A DNA stretch of 60,170 bases from Priapulus caudatus (taxonomy: Eukaryota): positions 330,697-390,866 of the forward strand of contig NW_014577077.1 in assembly GCF_000485595.1 (NCBI RefSeq), in the 5' to 3' direction. Positions 40,001 through 51,414 of the stretch are shown here, one piece after another (the stretch's first letter is position 1; each line of letters begins with the position of its first letter). Position numbers and translations under genes: made by a program. Under the pieces are notes generated by a model, which saw only the letters and a program-made list of their open reading frames with translations, had not been told where the DNA came from and searched no databases.

Positions 40001-43000
40001 GTGTGGTCCCGAGATGGCACGTGTGATTGGAGAGTTTGGGGTTTCCACTGAGAAGAGAAAGGAGACTAACACCCGGCACCACGAGCAAACAAAACATGCA
40101 CAGATGGCATTTGCAAATAATATATTTGCAATGTAGATCTTCTCGTACTGGATACCAAAGACGTTGCAGATGCAGCAGTCATCGATACTGTGAACCAGAT
40201 TGATAAACCTGGACAGGACCAATATGACACCTTTATCAGCGAGCGCCTTGTCAACCAGACGAAGCCCATCAGAGATCCCATCAGGATGAACGACCTCCCT
40301 CTATTCAGCCGGCCTCCAGTCCGAGAGAAGTCCAGGTCCCAACAACAGCTCTCATCCCTGTTCTCTAGGCTGTACATTGCATCGCAGATACGTGATGGAA
40401 ATAAGGAGGAGTTATTTGAGCATGAAAACCAGGCGTGTCCACCAGTATTGTCGCAAATGGGCAAGTTGAGAACTGGTACCAAGTCAGACTTGGTGGGCTG
40501 TTTGGGGGACCTGGTTCCTTCACAATATAATGCATACAATCCCACATAACAGTATGGTCATCATCTTTGATGGGGCTGCTCTCGTAAACATGCTACGAAA
40601 TGGTGCTGCTAAGATATTATCCGATTACGCGCAGCACGTGTTTTCACCATACAGGTCATGTCAGCATGTCAGAAGAGTGGATGTCGTGTGGGATGAATAT
40701 CTCCCTGAAAGTCTGAAGGCCGAACAACGCAGCAAGAGAGGGAAGGGAATTCGTAGACGCGTTGAGCAATCCAGTGCCATTCCTGAAAACTGGCCGGAGT
40801 TTCTGACAATCAACAACAACAAGGCTGAACTGTTCTCCTTCCTGGCATCTAGTGTGACAGTCGTTGACACTGACAAACAAATAATCAGCACCAATCATGC
40901 TGACGTCCTGTATACTCAGCTTCGAGATATATCAGGTATTGCACCATGCACACATGAGGTGGCTGATACCCGCATCCTACTGCACCTAGCAGATGCTGTG
41001 AAGGAAGGGTATATCAAGGTGTCAATACGTACAGTTGACACGGATGTGCTAGTACTGGCAGTGTATATTAAGCAGGTTATGTGTGGTCACAAGCTCTTGT
41101 GACTCTTCACAACTCTTTCAATTTATTAGCTTTGTTAATTAATTTGTTGAACCAATATGATACCTTTAAAATGTAATTGTCAGGTGTAAATAAAGTGATT
41201 GAAATGCATTGAAATAAATTGAATTGGATAATGGATTTGAATGGCGGTCATTTGAAATTCAAGTTGGCGGCCACTGACCGATAATGGTTTTGATTGCACT
41301 GGATTCATTGACCCCGATAATGTTGGTTTAGACACAAAGATCATGTTTCTATGTTGAATTTTAGCTGAAATATTAAATGATAATGGATTTGAATGGCGGC
41401 CACCGACTGATAATGATTTTGATTGCAATGTTTTCCTTGACCCCGATAATGTTAGTTTAGGCACCAAGATCATGTTTCTATGTTGAATATTAGCTGAAAA
41501 TGAAGGATAATGGATTTGAATGACGGCCATCTTTAAAAATGGCCGCCATTGTTGCCATGGGACAAAGATGCGATGGACCTATAGCCAAAAATCTTCCTTA
41601 GGGCATGCTCTAACCGTGTGCCAAAGCTCTCATTCTTGTATCATAAAAATCACAATTCATTCACATATCTGCCAGGCTAAGGCCTCTGATTGGGTAAAAG
41701 AGCTATAATTTACTACGATTAATTTATGGTCCTTTTTACTGAATCAGGGGCCTTGTTATAGATAATTTAACCTCGGATAAATAATTTCTACCGCAGCAGA
41801 ACTAATTTAACCACGATTAAATTATGGCCTTTTTACCCAATCAGAGGCCTTGTTAACGTAATTTAACCGGTTGAATTATTTTTACCGTGGTTAAATTATC
41901 TGTATCAGGGCCTCTGATTGGGTAAAAGGACCCGCAGTGGAATTATTTCTACCGCTGTGAAAATAATTATTTCTGAGTACGATGGCCAACCATACCCGAC
42001 ACAGAGAATTTGGGAGAGAGTGATGCATGCGTACGTTATTCTCAAGTTATCTCTCTCTCTCTCTCACTCTCTCTCTCTCTACAAACACACACACACATGC
42101 ACGCACGCCCGAACGCACACACGCACGCGCGCACGCGCGCACGCACGCACGCACGCACAAACACACAGACACGCATACACGTAAACACACACACTTTATG
42201 TATGTATATGTATGTATATATATATATATATATATATGTGTATATATATATGTATGTATATGTATATATGTATGTAGGCTACATGTACATGTATATCTTA
42301 CATATATATGTATATAATTATGTATGTATATGTATGTGTATGTATGTATGTATATGTATGTGTATATATATATGTATGTATATGTATATATGTATGTATA
42401 TATGTACTGCTATCAGGTACGATATTGACAGGTAAATAATGGCAGATCTGTCATTATTTACCCCTGGTACCGAGTATATATATATATATATGTNNNNNNN
42501 NNNNNNNNNNNNNNNNNNNNNNNNNNNNNNNNNNNNNNNNNNNNNNNNNNNNNNNNNNNNNNNNNNNNNNNNNNNNNNNNNNNNNNNNNNNNNNNNNNNN
42601 NNNNNNNNNNNNNNNNNNNNNNNNNNNNNNNNNNNNNNNNNNNNNNNNNNNNNNNNNNNNNNNNNNNNAGTATTATGTTTATATTTTTATATGAGGTATG
42701 TTTAGGGTTAGGGTTAGGGTTAGGGTTAGGGTTAGTGTTAGGGTTAGGGTACACTTCTGTAGTACAAGTCTTGTACACTTTGTGTATACATATATGTACC
42801 TCGGGTAGTCTGTAGTACCTGATACGACAACGACCCCTTGAACCGTATTAAGCATACTTAATACGCTCTTGATTTCATCTATTGATGTGTTCGGAGGAGC
42901 TGTTTCCCATGTTTCACATGTCCTGCTATGTTATCGCACATGTGTCATTATCGTAAAGTACAAGATACCTGGCTCCAACGTTTTCGATGTCGTATTTTCG

Positions 43001-44623
43001 CGCTATCTTTCAGATGAACAACGAGTATATTCTCTTCCGGTAATTCCCACTCTAGTCGACCCCCATACGGAGTAGGAATCTTCTTATATGTATACTTTGG
43101 AAGAGGGGCGCCTGTCACCGCCCTGCATCAAGTACCAATAATCATTATTGACACATAGTATACGAATATCATTTATAACTACAATGCAACGCCTAGTCTA
43201 GACGGCTAAACTAATAAATTACGACATACTAACAATTTCTAAAATATAAAGGTAGATTAACAAAAACATGTTGTCATTAGCTGATAAACAAATTTTTTTA
43301 GCAATGGCAAATTGAGAAATACTCGCGTAAAATACACTTAACATGTTCATACTGTATAGTTATTTTATTTATCTAGCCCTTTTGTTATTATCTTGAGATA
43401 TATTTATTCAAGAGCATATAAAGAAGGAGAGCGTACAACGGTAAAATGCTGAAACCATGTTGTAGTATTAGTCGAATTAATAAACTTTTTCCGTGTTATT
43501 TTGACGATTCTTTGCAGTATTATTGATCAGCTGTCCTACCTTGTTCATATAAAACAAACCGCGTGTCCCTACGATGCCCATACGCTGAGATAATGAGCGG
43601 TGAAAATCTGGCATTTTCGCCGAAAACTGACTCGAGATCAGTCAGTTACTGTGACTGTCTCTCGAAGTGTTATAACTTCGGTAAACCTCGCGTGTTTCCG
43701 TCAATGATTGACAAATGGAATGAATGACGTCTGTTATTGATTGATGACACCTACCTGTGCCCACCTCACGCCCACCTCACGCTGGATGTATAGTAAACTC
43801 TGGTAGTATGACGTGAGTCAGCGCCACTATGGCGCTACACAGCGGCGACCGGAAGCAGCACACTGGCCACACTTGGAGAGAGGGTCGCAGTATTGACTAA
43901 TGTCTAGTCGGTGTTCAGCGAAAATACCAGATTTTTACCGCTCATTATCTCAGCGTATGTGCATCGTAGGGACATGCGGTTTGTTTTATATGAACAAGGT
44001 AGGACAGCTGATCAATAATACTGCAGCCCAACAATCGTCAAAATAACACGGGGAAAGTTTATTAATTCGACTAATACTGCAACATGGTTTCAGCATTTTA
44101 CCGTTGTACGCTCTCCTTCTTTAAATGCTCTTGATTTATTGGTACAGTTAGCAGTCGAAATGTTACGGTATATTTACGTAAGACGAAACGTTATTAGTTC
44201 TATGGAGTTTAAACCGGGAGGTTACTACCTTCCAAACGACAGGACATAAATGGCTTTATACTATTACTTTTCTTTTCCAGAAAACTCGCGCTAAAATAAG
44301 GACATGAAGCAGTCGAGCGATGAAGCAACACAGTGAGAGTGTGTCTGCCGCTTACTTTACCTTGCAGCAACATCAAGGACGCTGATAAAGGTCCTTACAA
44401 AGTTGTTCACCACGTAACAGTTGAGATTTTTGTCGAACCTCATTGCATCGTCAAAAAATATGTGCGCTGTTCAAGAAACAAATTGGTAAGGCGTAAGCGA
44501 GTAATCCTGTCAACACGTACTCAGTACGCGTACGCGCACAAATATACGACCACCCACACGCGAACATGCACCCCTTACACACGCGCACGCACGCACGCAT
44601 GTACGCACGCATGCACGCACGCA

Positions 44624-44657
<34 letters not shown>

Positions 44658-44697
44658 ACACACACACACACACACACACTACACACACACACACACA

Positions 44698-44773
<76 letters not shown>

Positions 44774-47700
44774 CAATTACATGGCATGCAGTATAGCAGG
44801 TCATGAAATGTAAACGATTCGCACACAATAAAACATGAATAATAAATATTTAAAAGTTTAGTTTTCTAATTGAATATCGAGTATATCCACAGGTTGATTC
44901 TAGTGTACTAATGATTGCTGGTTCACGCAAAAATATAAAATTATGCTAAAAGCACACATGTATTTTACGCTCATCGCACACTTATTGTGGTTACTTACCG
45001 TCGAATTCGTAATAGTCTGGAACTTTATTCAGGCATTTAATAGCTAGACGACGAGCGCATTGGTCTTTGTCACATCTGTCATATACAAGAAGGGACTACA
45101 GAAATCAGCATTATCTACGTTTTGTGAACCATCGGTAGTTGGTATTTTTAGCAGCATCGAATATTTTTCATGACGCAAAAGCATTACGAATGATGCGCAT
45201 GTGGCTCCGATGTTCCGAACTCTGCGAAACGTTACACGTTCGTAACTAGAATCTTTACTCAAACTTCAATACCATCGGTGAATATTGTTCGACCATTCTC
45301 TTACGTAAGATCATCGTAGTACAACAAAACGCGTAAAATTCTATTCTACTTGAGAAAATGTCATGTTTAAATTGACAAATTTTACGCCCAGCTATATATA
45401 CCTAAATATAGACTTAAGCAGCTGAACCATTTCATTGGATGTTTCATGCCACATGGTGGCGCAGAAATAAATGTGTGTCACGCCATTGACGGTCGCCTGA
45501 TCGGCAGGGGATGTCTTCATCTCACCATTATCCGATTCCATCGTCACTTCAGGGCAAGCTAGGTTTATGCGTGCCAGATCCTCATCCTACATAGAAAATA
45601 ACACCGTAATCGAGCCGTATTACTGCATGACACGAATAATAATAATGAAACATTATGTATAAACATACATGTACGCAGATATCATGCTTATAAATCGTAT
45701 GAATTGATAGTGTCTAGAAACGTACTAGTTCTTGGGTTCGCCCGTCATCTGTTACTTTCTTGTCGGGTAAGCGATTCAATGGTGCAGCGGTATCCATGTT
45801 GACGATCTCATTAAATGGTTTGATGAACATTCTTTGTAAAATAGAAACGTTAGCATCTATGAACCGATGTAGTTTAATATAACACACACGAGGTTAAAGT
45901 AACATTGATTTCACCTCATAGTCATGTGAAGCGTTTTATTGAAGATTTAAAATTGTGTAAAATTAGCGAACAAGACAAAATATCAATTACATGTGTCGAA
46001 TCTTACTTGTTGCGTTTAGCCATCTTTTCTATTGTTGGGAAGAAGACGTGTGATGTAGTATACATTTGCGATAATAGCCACCCACCCCATATCCACATAT
46101 GTTTAGTTACAAAAGCATTGTTCTCTCTGGTCAACCAGGTGCTAGTTCCGCAATTCCAGAATATATAGTTAGGTAACAGTTTGTAGAGGAACCACTGATT
46201 GCTGTCAGATCGCAGTTCGCAAAAAAACATCAGAAGGAGAACAGCAAATGGAGTGCTCAGTGCAATCGGTAAAGCAAATCCAGTGCGCTGTATTTTCACC
46301 TTGCAGGAGAACTGAATGATCAGATACCCCACTGCAGCGAAAATTGCCTGGATGAGGAATAACCACAGGACGTCCACGGACGACGATGTCTTTATGCTGC
46401 CGCCCGACACCATGATATCGTGCTCCTTAAATATCAAACTAAACTCGAACATTTTTGGCTTAGTGAGCGTGTCTACACCAAACGTGACCATCATCGCAAA
46501 CGCAATGGCGATTTTCCATAGATTGACGAACGTGTAAAGCTTTAATCGCGCGACCTTGTGGTTCTTTCTCATCACTGCGAGTTTGGCAAATATGCCGATC
46601 TTTGCCTCCTCGTTCAGAAACGTCTCCCAGTAGCCGAGCGATGTGCAGACGATCGCAGCAGCCGTGAATCCCACAAGAGCCACATCTTTCTCAATGAAAG
46701 CGAGCCAAACGAACACCGATGCTTGGGCACATGTGGAGAGAACGTCGACGCCAGTTTTGATATTCGCACTCAATCCGTTCTTGTTGTCGCGATTGAGTAC
46801 GCGCATGAGCGCCGGAATTAGGCATAAGCTGCTGGTGATCATGGCTCCAGTCACTGCATCAAAGGCCGGTAGAACTCTGAATACTAGAATTCCAACTCCC
46901 ACGGAGTGGATGGTTTCGATCAGAATCGTCTGCATAAATAGAATACGTTGTCAGGGTTTACTGGAGAGGAAATTCTAGTAAACAAATTATTATCAAATTA
47001 CCACACCGCTCGTGCTAAATAGCATCATGTCTAATGTAAATGTGATATTTACGGGTCGTATTTATCTCAATAATTAATATTATCTCTGTGTTAAGGCGCT
47101 GTGCATGCCCCTTACATGTACATCGTAAAATATTATGGAATATAGATAATATACTTACGAGATTAATGAGAACTGCCGGCAACTTGTTCGTCCGCTTGAA
47201 GAACAGAACTTTCATGCACGGATATAGGCTCAAGATATGAGGAACGGAGAGCACAAACCACGAACACCAGTACCAACGTGAAAAGGCCAAACTATCCGCG
47301 TATGTCCCGCTTCTTTCGCAGCTCGTCCCGACGCTGCAGATGCTGAGATAGTCGCTACCAATGCCTCTTACTATTGGATAGAGTTGTGTCACCATCAGAA
47401 AGAAGGCCAATTTCGCGATGGTTGTAAACGATAGCACCAGCACAAAGGATACGATGTAAACGATGACTTTAAGGGTCTGAGTAGCGTAGTCCCAGCATTT
47501 GTTCTCTTCGTTGTTACCGTCGGCGCTGTCGTTCATGTAGAACAGATCCCAGTCGTTGACGGACGCGTTCGATTTGGCACACGAATTATACGCGGAGTCT
47601 ATCGAGCCACTGCGAGAACATTGCACAATATTAGTGCCTTGACGATTGAATTGCCGCGTGTCAAAGAATTAATGTGTGAAAGGCATGGCAAGAATCATCG

Positions 47701-47892
47701 AGTAACCGCGACTAAGAGACAAAAGTGCGATATATAGCGGACACGCCTATTTTGTTTAATGAGATTAGTCAATATGCGAGTAAGTAATTGTTACGATAGA
47801 AACCTTTGGTCCTTGTCTGATGACACGACAGGGGATGCAAAGGTCTGGGTGGGGCTGCCATGCGGCCGTGATGGTTTGCCGGAGTTCATCAT
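30683..47892 (-). CDS. CHS: Chitin synthase (GT2, metazoan type), multi-exon gene; possibly a damaged allele or young pseudogene
   Basis: 18 visible exons with mutually consistent intron phases; motifs [58 protein letters not shown]. Confidence 0.95.
30853..31047 (-). mobile_element. 195-bp one-ended DNA transposon fragment (CACAC terminus, CMC/EnSpm-like) inserted in the CHS last exon
   Basis: Begins CACACTAAAAACACTGTAGTC directly after codon TTA; TA repeated at the far junction; contains TAGTCAA/TTGACTA subrepeats. Confidence 0.6.
31048..31293 (-). CDS. CHS: CHS last exon, 5' part ([10 protein letters not shown]...[10 protein letters not shown])
   Basis: Conserved motifs; as assembled it runs into the insertion and stops at 31018. 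Confidence 0.93.
32114..32283 (-). CDS. CHS: CHS exon ([12 protein letters not shown]...[13 protein letters not shown])
   Basis: Conserved motif; TAG/GTAAC sites. Confidence 0.95.
32681..32834 (-). CDS. CHS: CHS exon ([11 protein letters not shown]...STNP) with non-canonical AT acceptor
   Basis: Open frame; phase 0 to 1 bridges both neighbours; acceptor reads TTTAT|ATT. Confidence 0.7.
32972..33105 (-). CDS. CHS: CHS exon (CRCMCCLHP)
   Basis: Cys-rich motif typical of metazoan CHS; TAG/GTGGG sites. Confidence 0.85.
33424..33607 (-). CDS. CHS: CHS exon ([11 protein letters not shown] plus charged helix)
   Basis: SWGTRE motif; AAG/GTGCG sites. Confidence 0.95.
33879..34067 (-). CDS. CHS: CHS exon (TM, ...[12 protein letters not shown])
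   Basis: LHPxE motif; CAG/GTGAG sites. Confidence 0.92.
34299..34400 (-). CDS. CHS: CHS exon ([15 protein letters not shown])
   Basis: CAG/GTAAC sites; 102 nt. Confidence 0.9.
34737..34879 (-). CDS. CHS: CHS exon (NTVKKN...[12 protein letters not shown])
   Basis: Phase 1 to 0; AAG/GTAAGA sites. Confidence 0.9.
35249..35416 (-). CDS. CHS: CHS catalytic exon ([12 protein letters not shown]...[10 protein letters not shown])
   Basis: EDR and QRRRW signature motifs; CAG/GTAC sites. Confidence 0.97.
36076..36770. repeat. Diverged direct duplication (36076-36350 vs 36520-36770)
   Basis: Shared blocks such as AACACATA.CGCCATCT.TTGGCTGATTATATT. Confidence 0.7.
36445..36487. mobile_element. 43-bp imperfect palindrome C(A)TTGGAG...CTCCAAGG
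   Basis: Flanks TTCAA/TTAAA (4 of 5 match); same architecture as the other micro-palindromes. Confidence 0.55.
37191..37399 (-). CDS. CHS: CHS exon (GPMxWYQKFEYAIGHW...CSPGCF..FR), frameshifted as assembled
   Basis: Motifs recoverable after correcting roughly ten 1-bp indels, mostly insertions; CAG/GTATG sites intact. Confidence 0.85.
38268..41679 (+). mobile_element. 5'-truncated, degenerate AcademX transposon (transposase region plus XPG/FEN1-like nuclease)
   Basis: [95 protein letters not shown]; 3' end GCCAGGCTA. Confidence 0.75.
38830..39947 (-). mobile_element. Internally deleted hAT element retaining the dimerisation-domain code
   Basis: TIRs CAGTAGCGGATCTAG / CTGGATCCGCCCCTG; GGTGG duplicated on both flanks; ~39492-39890 encodes [40 protein letters not shown]. 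Confidence 0.85.
42494..42668. other. Assembly gap (175 N) inside a CHS intron
   Basis: N run; shorter gaps occur at ~21547, ~22838 and ~49383. Confidence 1.
42702..42749 (+). repeat. Interstitial (TTAGGG)8 with one TTAGTG variant
   Basis: Direct inspection; lies between the inverted pair TATCAGGTAC (42411) / GTACCTGATA (42823). Confidence 0.9.
42969..43122 (-). CDS. CHS: CHS exon (PTPYGGRL...[14 protein letters not shown])
   Basis: Conserved motifs; CAG/GTATC sites. Confidence 0.95.
43408..44134. mobile_element. 727-bp foldback MITE with ~210-bp TIRs and 5-bp TSD TTTAT
   Basis: TCAAGAGCATATAAAGAAGGAGAG...CTCTCCTTCTTTAAATGCTCTTGA flanked by TTTAT/TTTAT. Confidence 0.9.
44361..44466 (-). 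CDS. CHS: CHS exon (HIFFDDAM...VNNFV)
   Basis: Conserved motif; CAG/GTAAAG sites. Confidence 0.95.
44999..45075 (-). CDS. CHS: CHS exon (DKDQCARR...PDYYEFD)
   Basis: Conserved motif; CAG/GTAAGT sites. Confidence 0.95.
45402..45586 (-). CDS. CHS: CHS exon ([11 protein letters not shown])
   Basis: Signature motif; TAG/GT sites. Confidence 0.95.
45726..45831 (-). CDS. CHS: CHS exon (MFIKPFNE...TQEL)
   Basis: AAG/GTACG sites; phase 2 to 0 consistent. Confidence 0.85.
46007..46929 (-). CDS. CHS: CHS exon (N-terminal TM region, [13 protein letters not shown]...AKRN)
   Basis: Corresponds to the 310-aa ORF; CAG/GTAAGA splice sites. Confidence 0.95.
47159..47609 (-). CDS. CHS: CHS exon (WDLF motif, first TM helices)
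   Basis: CAG acceptor, GTAAGT donor, open frame. Confidence 0.9.
47804..47892 (-). CDS. CHS: CHS first visible coding exon ([10 protein letters not shown]...DKDQ)
   Basis: ATG at 47892; AG|GT donor in phase 2 matches the next exon. Confidence 0.7.
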
Positions 47893-48170
47893 GTCTTCAA
47901 TAGAATTGTGCTGAAAAGCGTCGGTCGTCCTGGAAACTGCGCGATTTGTTTAGATTAGTGTTCCAACCTAAATCGCTGGAATTCGTTATAGTTTTCTTCA
48001 ATGTGGTAATATAATGCAATCTATATTAATCTATACAGTAGATGCACTAGTTTCTGAGGCTTCTTGAGAATAAGAATGGATTTCCGTCAGTAATTTGAAT
48101 GATGACTATCAGAATATTCTCTCTGTTAAAGAGAGGATGGGAAGTAGAGAGAAAGAAATAGAAAGAAAAG

Positions 48171-48205
<35 letters not shown>

Positions 48206-48218
48206 ATAGAAAGAAAAG

Positions 48219-48249
<31 letters not shown>

Positions 48250-49392
48250 GCCGTCCTTTCCACTGTTATAGGGTAATGGCTATTTGTGCATATACAGTGA
48301 AAGATCATTTGCTTTCTGTGCCAAATTTCACAACATCAACCTATTAACTAACATTTTGGCCCCAAATAATAGAATAAATCGTTTCAATAAATCAACTCTT
48401 CCAGTTCTCTTAGTTCTCCACCATCTCCCTCAGGATCGTTTTTGCCTTCTTGCTTTACATTTATGCTCTACATACTATTTTAACAATACCACTATGTATA
48501 TACCAATTATTTCATTTTTCCCGCCTTATTCCACGTTATCAATCCCCTCTGTATCTCATACATATTACAATCTTCTACTTCTCCTGCTGCTGCTGTTGTT
48601 GTTGCTGCTGCTTTTGCTGATATTCCTCCTCCTGCTCCTTCTTCTTCTACATTTCCATCTCATCTTCTAGTTTATATACGCCCTGTATAGCACTTCAATC
48701 ACACGCGGGGGCTGTTTTATTACTGCTTTTTATAACACCCTCTAATTATTCTACCGCACCTATCTTCCCCTTACATATACCATATCTTAATTGACTCATT
48801 TTAGCTTGTCCTTTTCTTCTTCTTTGTCGTAGTCTCTCACAGATGGTCCACGCTGAGACGTCAGCTAGGGCCTGACCTCCATGTTGATGATTTTGTTGTA
48901 CTGGAAAATAACGGTGATAACATCAGCTCCGGAATCGTAGCAGCGTAGAGTTACCCGCATCCTCCACCAATTATTGTACTGGAGAAAAGACGGTAATAAC
49001 TTCTGGTTCTCGCAAGAGTCGACAGCGTAGACTTGTTGGCAAACATTGGAGATGATGCTTCGTAGAACCGTGGCAGAGTATCAGCGTAGAGTCTCGTCAG
49101 ATAGAGCCGTAGTCGCAGATTAGTTATTGAACTCTGTCTTTATTACTTGACACATATACAAATATATACCATACCACAGCCTAGGCAAACATGCCTAGGC
49201 TCCGCACCACGTCTCGATCATTCTCCGGCTTCCTACATAGTAACTGCATGTCCATGTAATAACTATTAGTGCATGACGTGATAAATCGCTGCAATCTCAT
49301 TGGATAACGCAGCAGGCACTATGAAGCGATAGTGCCCGCCTGAGCGGGCACTATCGCTTGCGCGACGCATTGTTATTATAACNNNNNNNNNN

Positions 49393-49425
<33 letters not shown>

Positions 49426-49994
49426 GCACACACACAGCCACACACAACATTATATATAAACATATAATAAAGATGTGTATGAATAAATTTATATACAAGC
49501 GTGTGTACCTTGTATTTGGCCAACATAGGATGCCTTCCACCAGTCATGAGCATGTCTTCATCTCTGTCCAACATAATCCTGACTGGTCGATTCACTCTGA
49601 CATGAAAATAGTATCGACTCAAGCTCAAATTTTGGACAACATATCTCCTATTTTCGCGTAGTCGTATTTGTGATAATATGACATTGATAAGACCTTGTGT
49701 TATGTATTTTCGGACAGAATTAAATAAACAAGTAGTTAGTGCATGACGTGATAAATCGCTGCAATCTCATTGGATAACGCAGCAGGCACTATGAAGCGAT
49801 AGTGCCCGCCTGAGCGGCAGGCAGTAGGAAGGATTATTAGGGAGTATAAAGAAGGTATATACGCATGAAAAGTAGATTGCATAGTCATGTGATGCACTAA
49901 AAACATTAATGCCTGCTGTTGGAGGCACTATGCTCTCATAGCGTTGCTTTGGGAAGGAATAGTGCCCTCGCTACCGCTCGCCCCCCATCATCTC

Positions 49995-51400
49995 TTCCCC
50001 CCTTCTTCTTGTTTCTTGTCCTCTTCATATCATATTCTCGTCTCATCCCATTTCGCTTTTGCCACCTTCCTTCTACTCTCTTTGCACAGCTGCCTATATA
50101 CCAGCCTGTCTTCTTCACGTCCATTTCTTTTCCAGATCTTAAACGCTCTCTTTTTCCTCTCGAGTACTTCTTGAATTTCATCTCTCCACCACCAAGTCTT
50201 CTTTCCATCTTTCCTCCTTCTCCCAGTACGGAGCAACCCCCCAAGCAATTCCTCTGCTGCCGCCACCTGTGTGTTTTTTATCTGCCCCACTGCTCCTCTA
50301 CTCCATACTCAACCTGAACCTGTTGTCTCCTCCTCCTGACACTCTCTCTAAACTTGCCTACTTCATCCTGCTTCAGCTTCCATAGTCTGATCTTTGGTCT
50401 TCTCGTTTCTCTCCTTGTCTCGGCATGTCTCCACTTTATGTCAACCACAACCGCCCTGTGCTGCTTCACACATGCCTCTCCATGTATAACCTTGCAGTCC
50501 CTAACCAGTGTCCTGTCTCCTTTCTTCACCAGTATGTAATCGACTTGGCTTGCTCTTCCTCCACTTCTATATGTTATCAAATGCTCGTCTCTCTTCATAA
50601 ATCCGGTATTTGTATAGAACAAATCCATGCTTTGTGCCATATCCAGTATTCTTTCTCCTTCCTCATTTCTGCATCCACTCCGACATGCTCATTTATGTCT
50701 GCTCCCACTGTTAAGCTCTCTCTCTCTCTCTCTCTTTCTCTCTTTCTCTCTCGTTCTCTCTCTTTTTCTCGGGAATTTGTCTTAACACTGTTTCCAACTG
50801 CTCATAGAATGCATCTTTATCATCCTCTGTGCATCTCGTCTGTGGAGCATACGCTGATATTATATTCAGTACTTTTCGCCCTATCACCATCTTCAGCTTC
50901 ATCACTCTGTTGCTAACCCTATCTACTTCTATCACCTTCTCCCTCTACTTCTCCCAAAATTATTCCCCTCCATTTCGTCCATCTTTAGATCCGCTGTAGT
51001 ATAGCTTGCATCCGATTCCAAGCTCTCTTGCGCTACACCCCTTCCATGCACCTCGTTTTCTGCACGGTTAAGACCTCAATGTTTCTCCTTTTCATCACGC
51101 TCGCCACCTCCGCTCCTCTTCCTGTCCTGGATCCAACGATCCACGATCCAGCCCTAAACTCCTCACTTTCCACACACTTCTTTAGCCGCCGTCGTGGTCT
51201 CCGCGGTACCCCTCGTCCACTTATCACACCAGTAGGGAGTTCCCGATGCGCGACGCCTCCAGGTAACGCTTTAGCCCTATGTCGTACATCATCAACTTGA
51301 CTTTCCATTATGTTTATGGCGGATGTTTTTACTGGTTGCATGCCCTTGCTAGCACCAACCACTATTATTGGTAGTGGGCCCTAGCCTTTGCCTAGAAAGG
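49995..51400 (-). mobile_element. RTE-clade LINE, 5' portion (leader plus APE endonuclease), no RT
   Basis: NIISAYAPQ, NTGFMKRDEHLITYRSGGRASQVDYILV, KVIHGEACVKQHRAVV; stops, frameshifts and a (CT)n interruption. Confidence 0.9.
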
Positions 51401-51414
51401 CTCAGTCTGCAAGG

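Larger units (their letters stand above)
37596..41990. mobile_element. TIR element with TAATTTAACCGCGG-type subrepeats, hosting nested insertions
   Basis: GTACTCAGAAATAATTATTTTCAC at 37606 is present inverted at ~41957-41980. Confidence 0.6.

Noticed and set aside
40190..41102. Possible host gene or domesticated nuclease
   Set aside because: Frameshifted, truncated and interrupted by a hAT insertion; ordinary decayed AcademX ORF
42702..42749. Chromosome end or fusion site
   Set aside because: Only 8 units, one orientation, inside an intron and a repeat element
49267..49815. ~80-bp exact direct repeat (49267 and 49737)
   Set aside because: The copies straddle an N-gap; likely contig-overlap artefact
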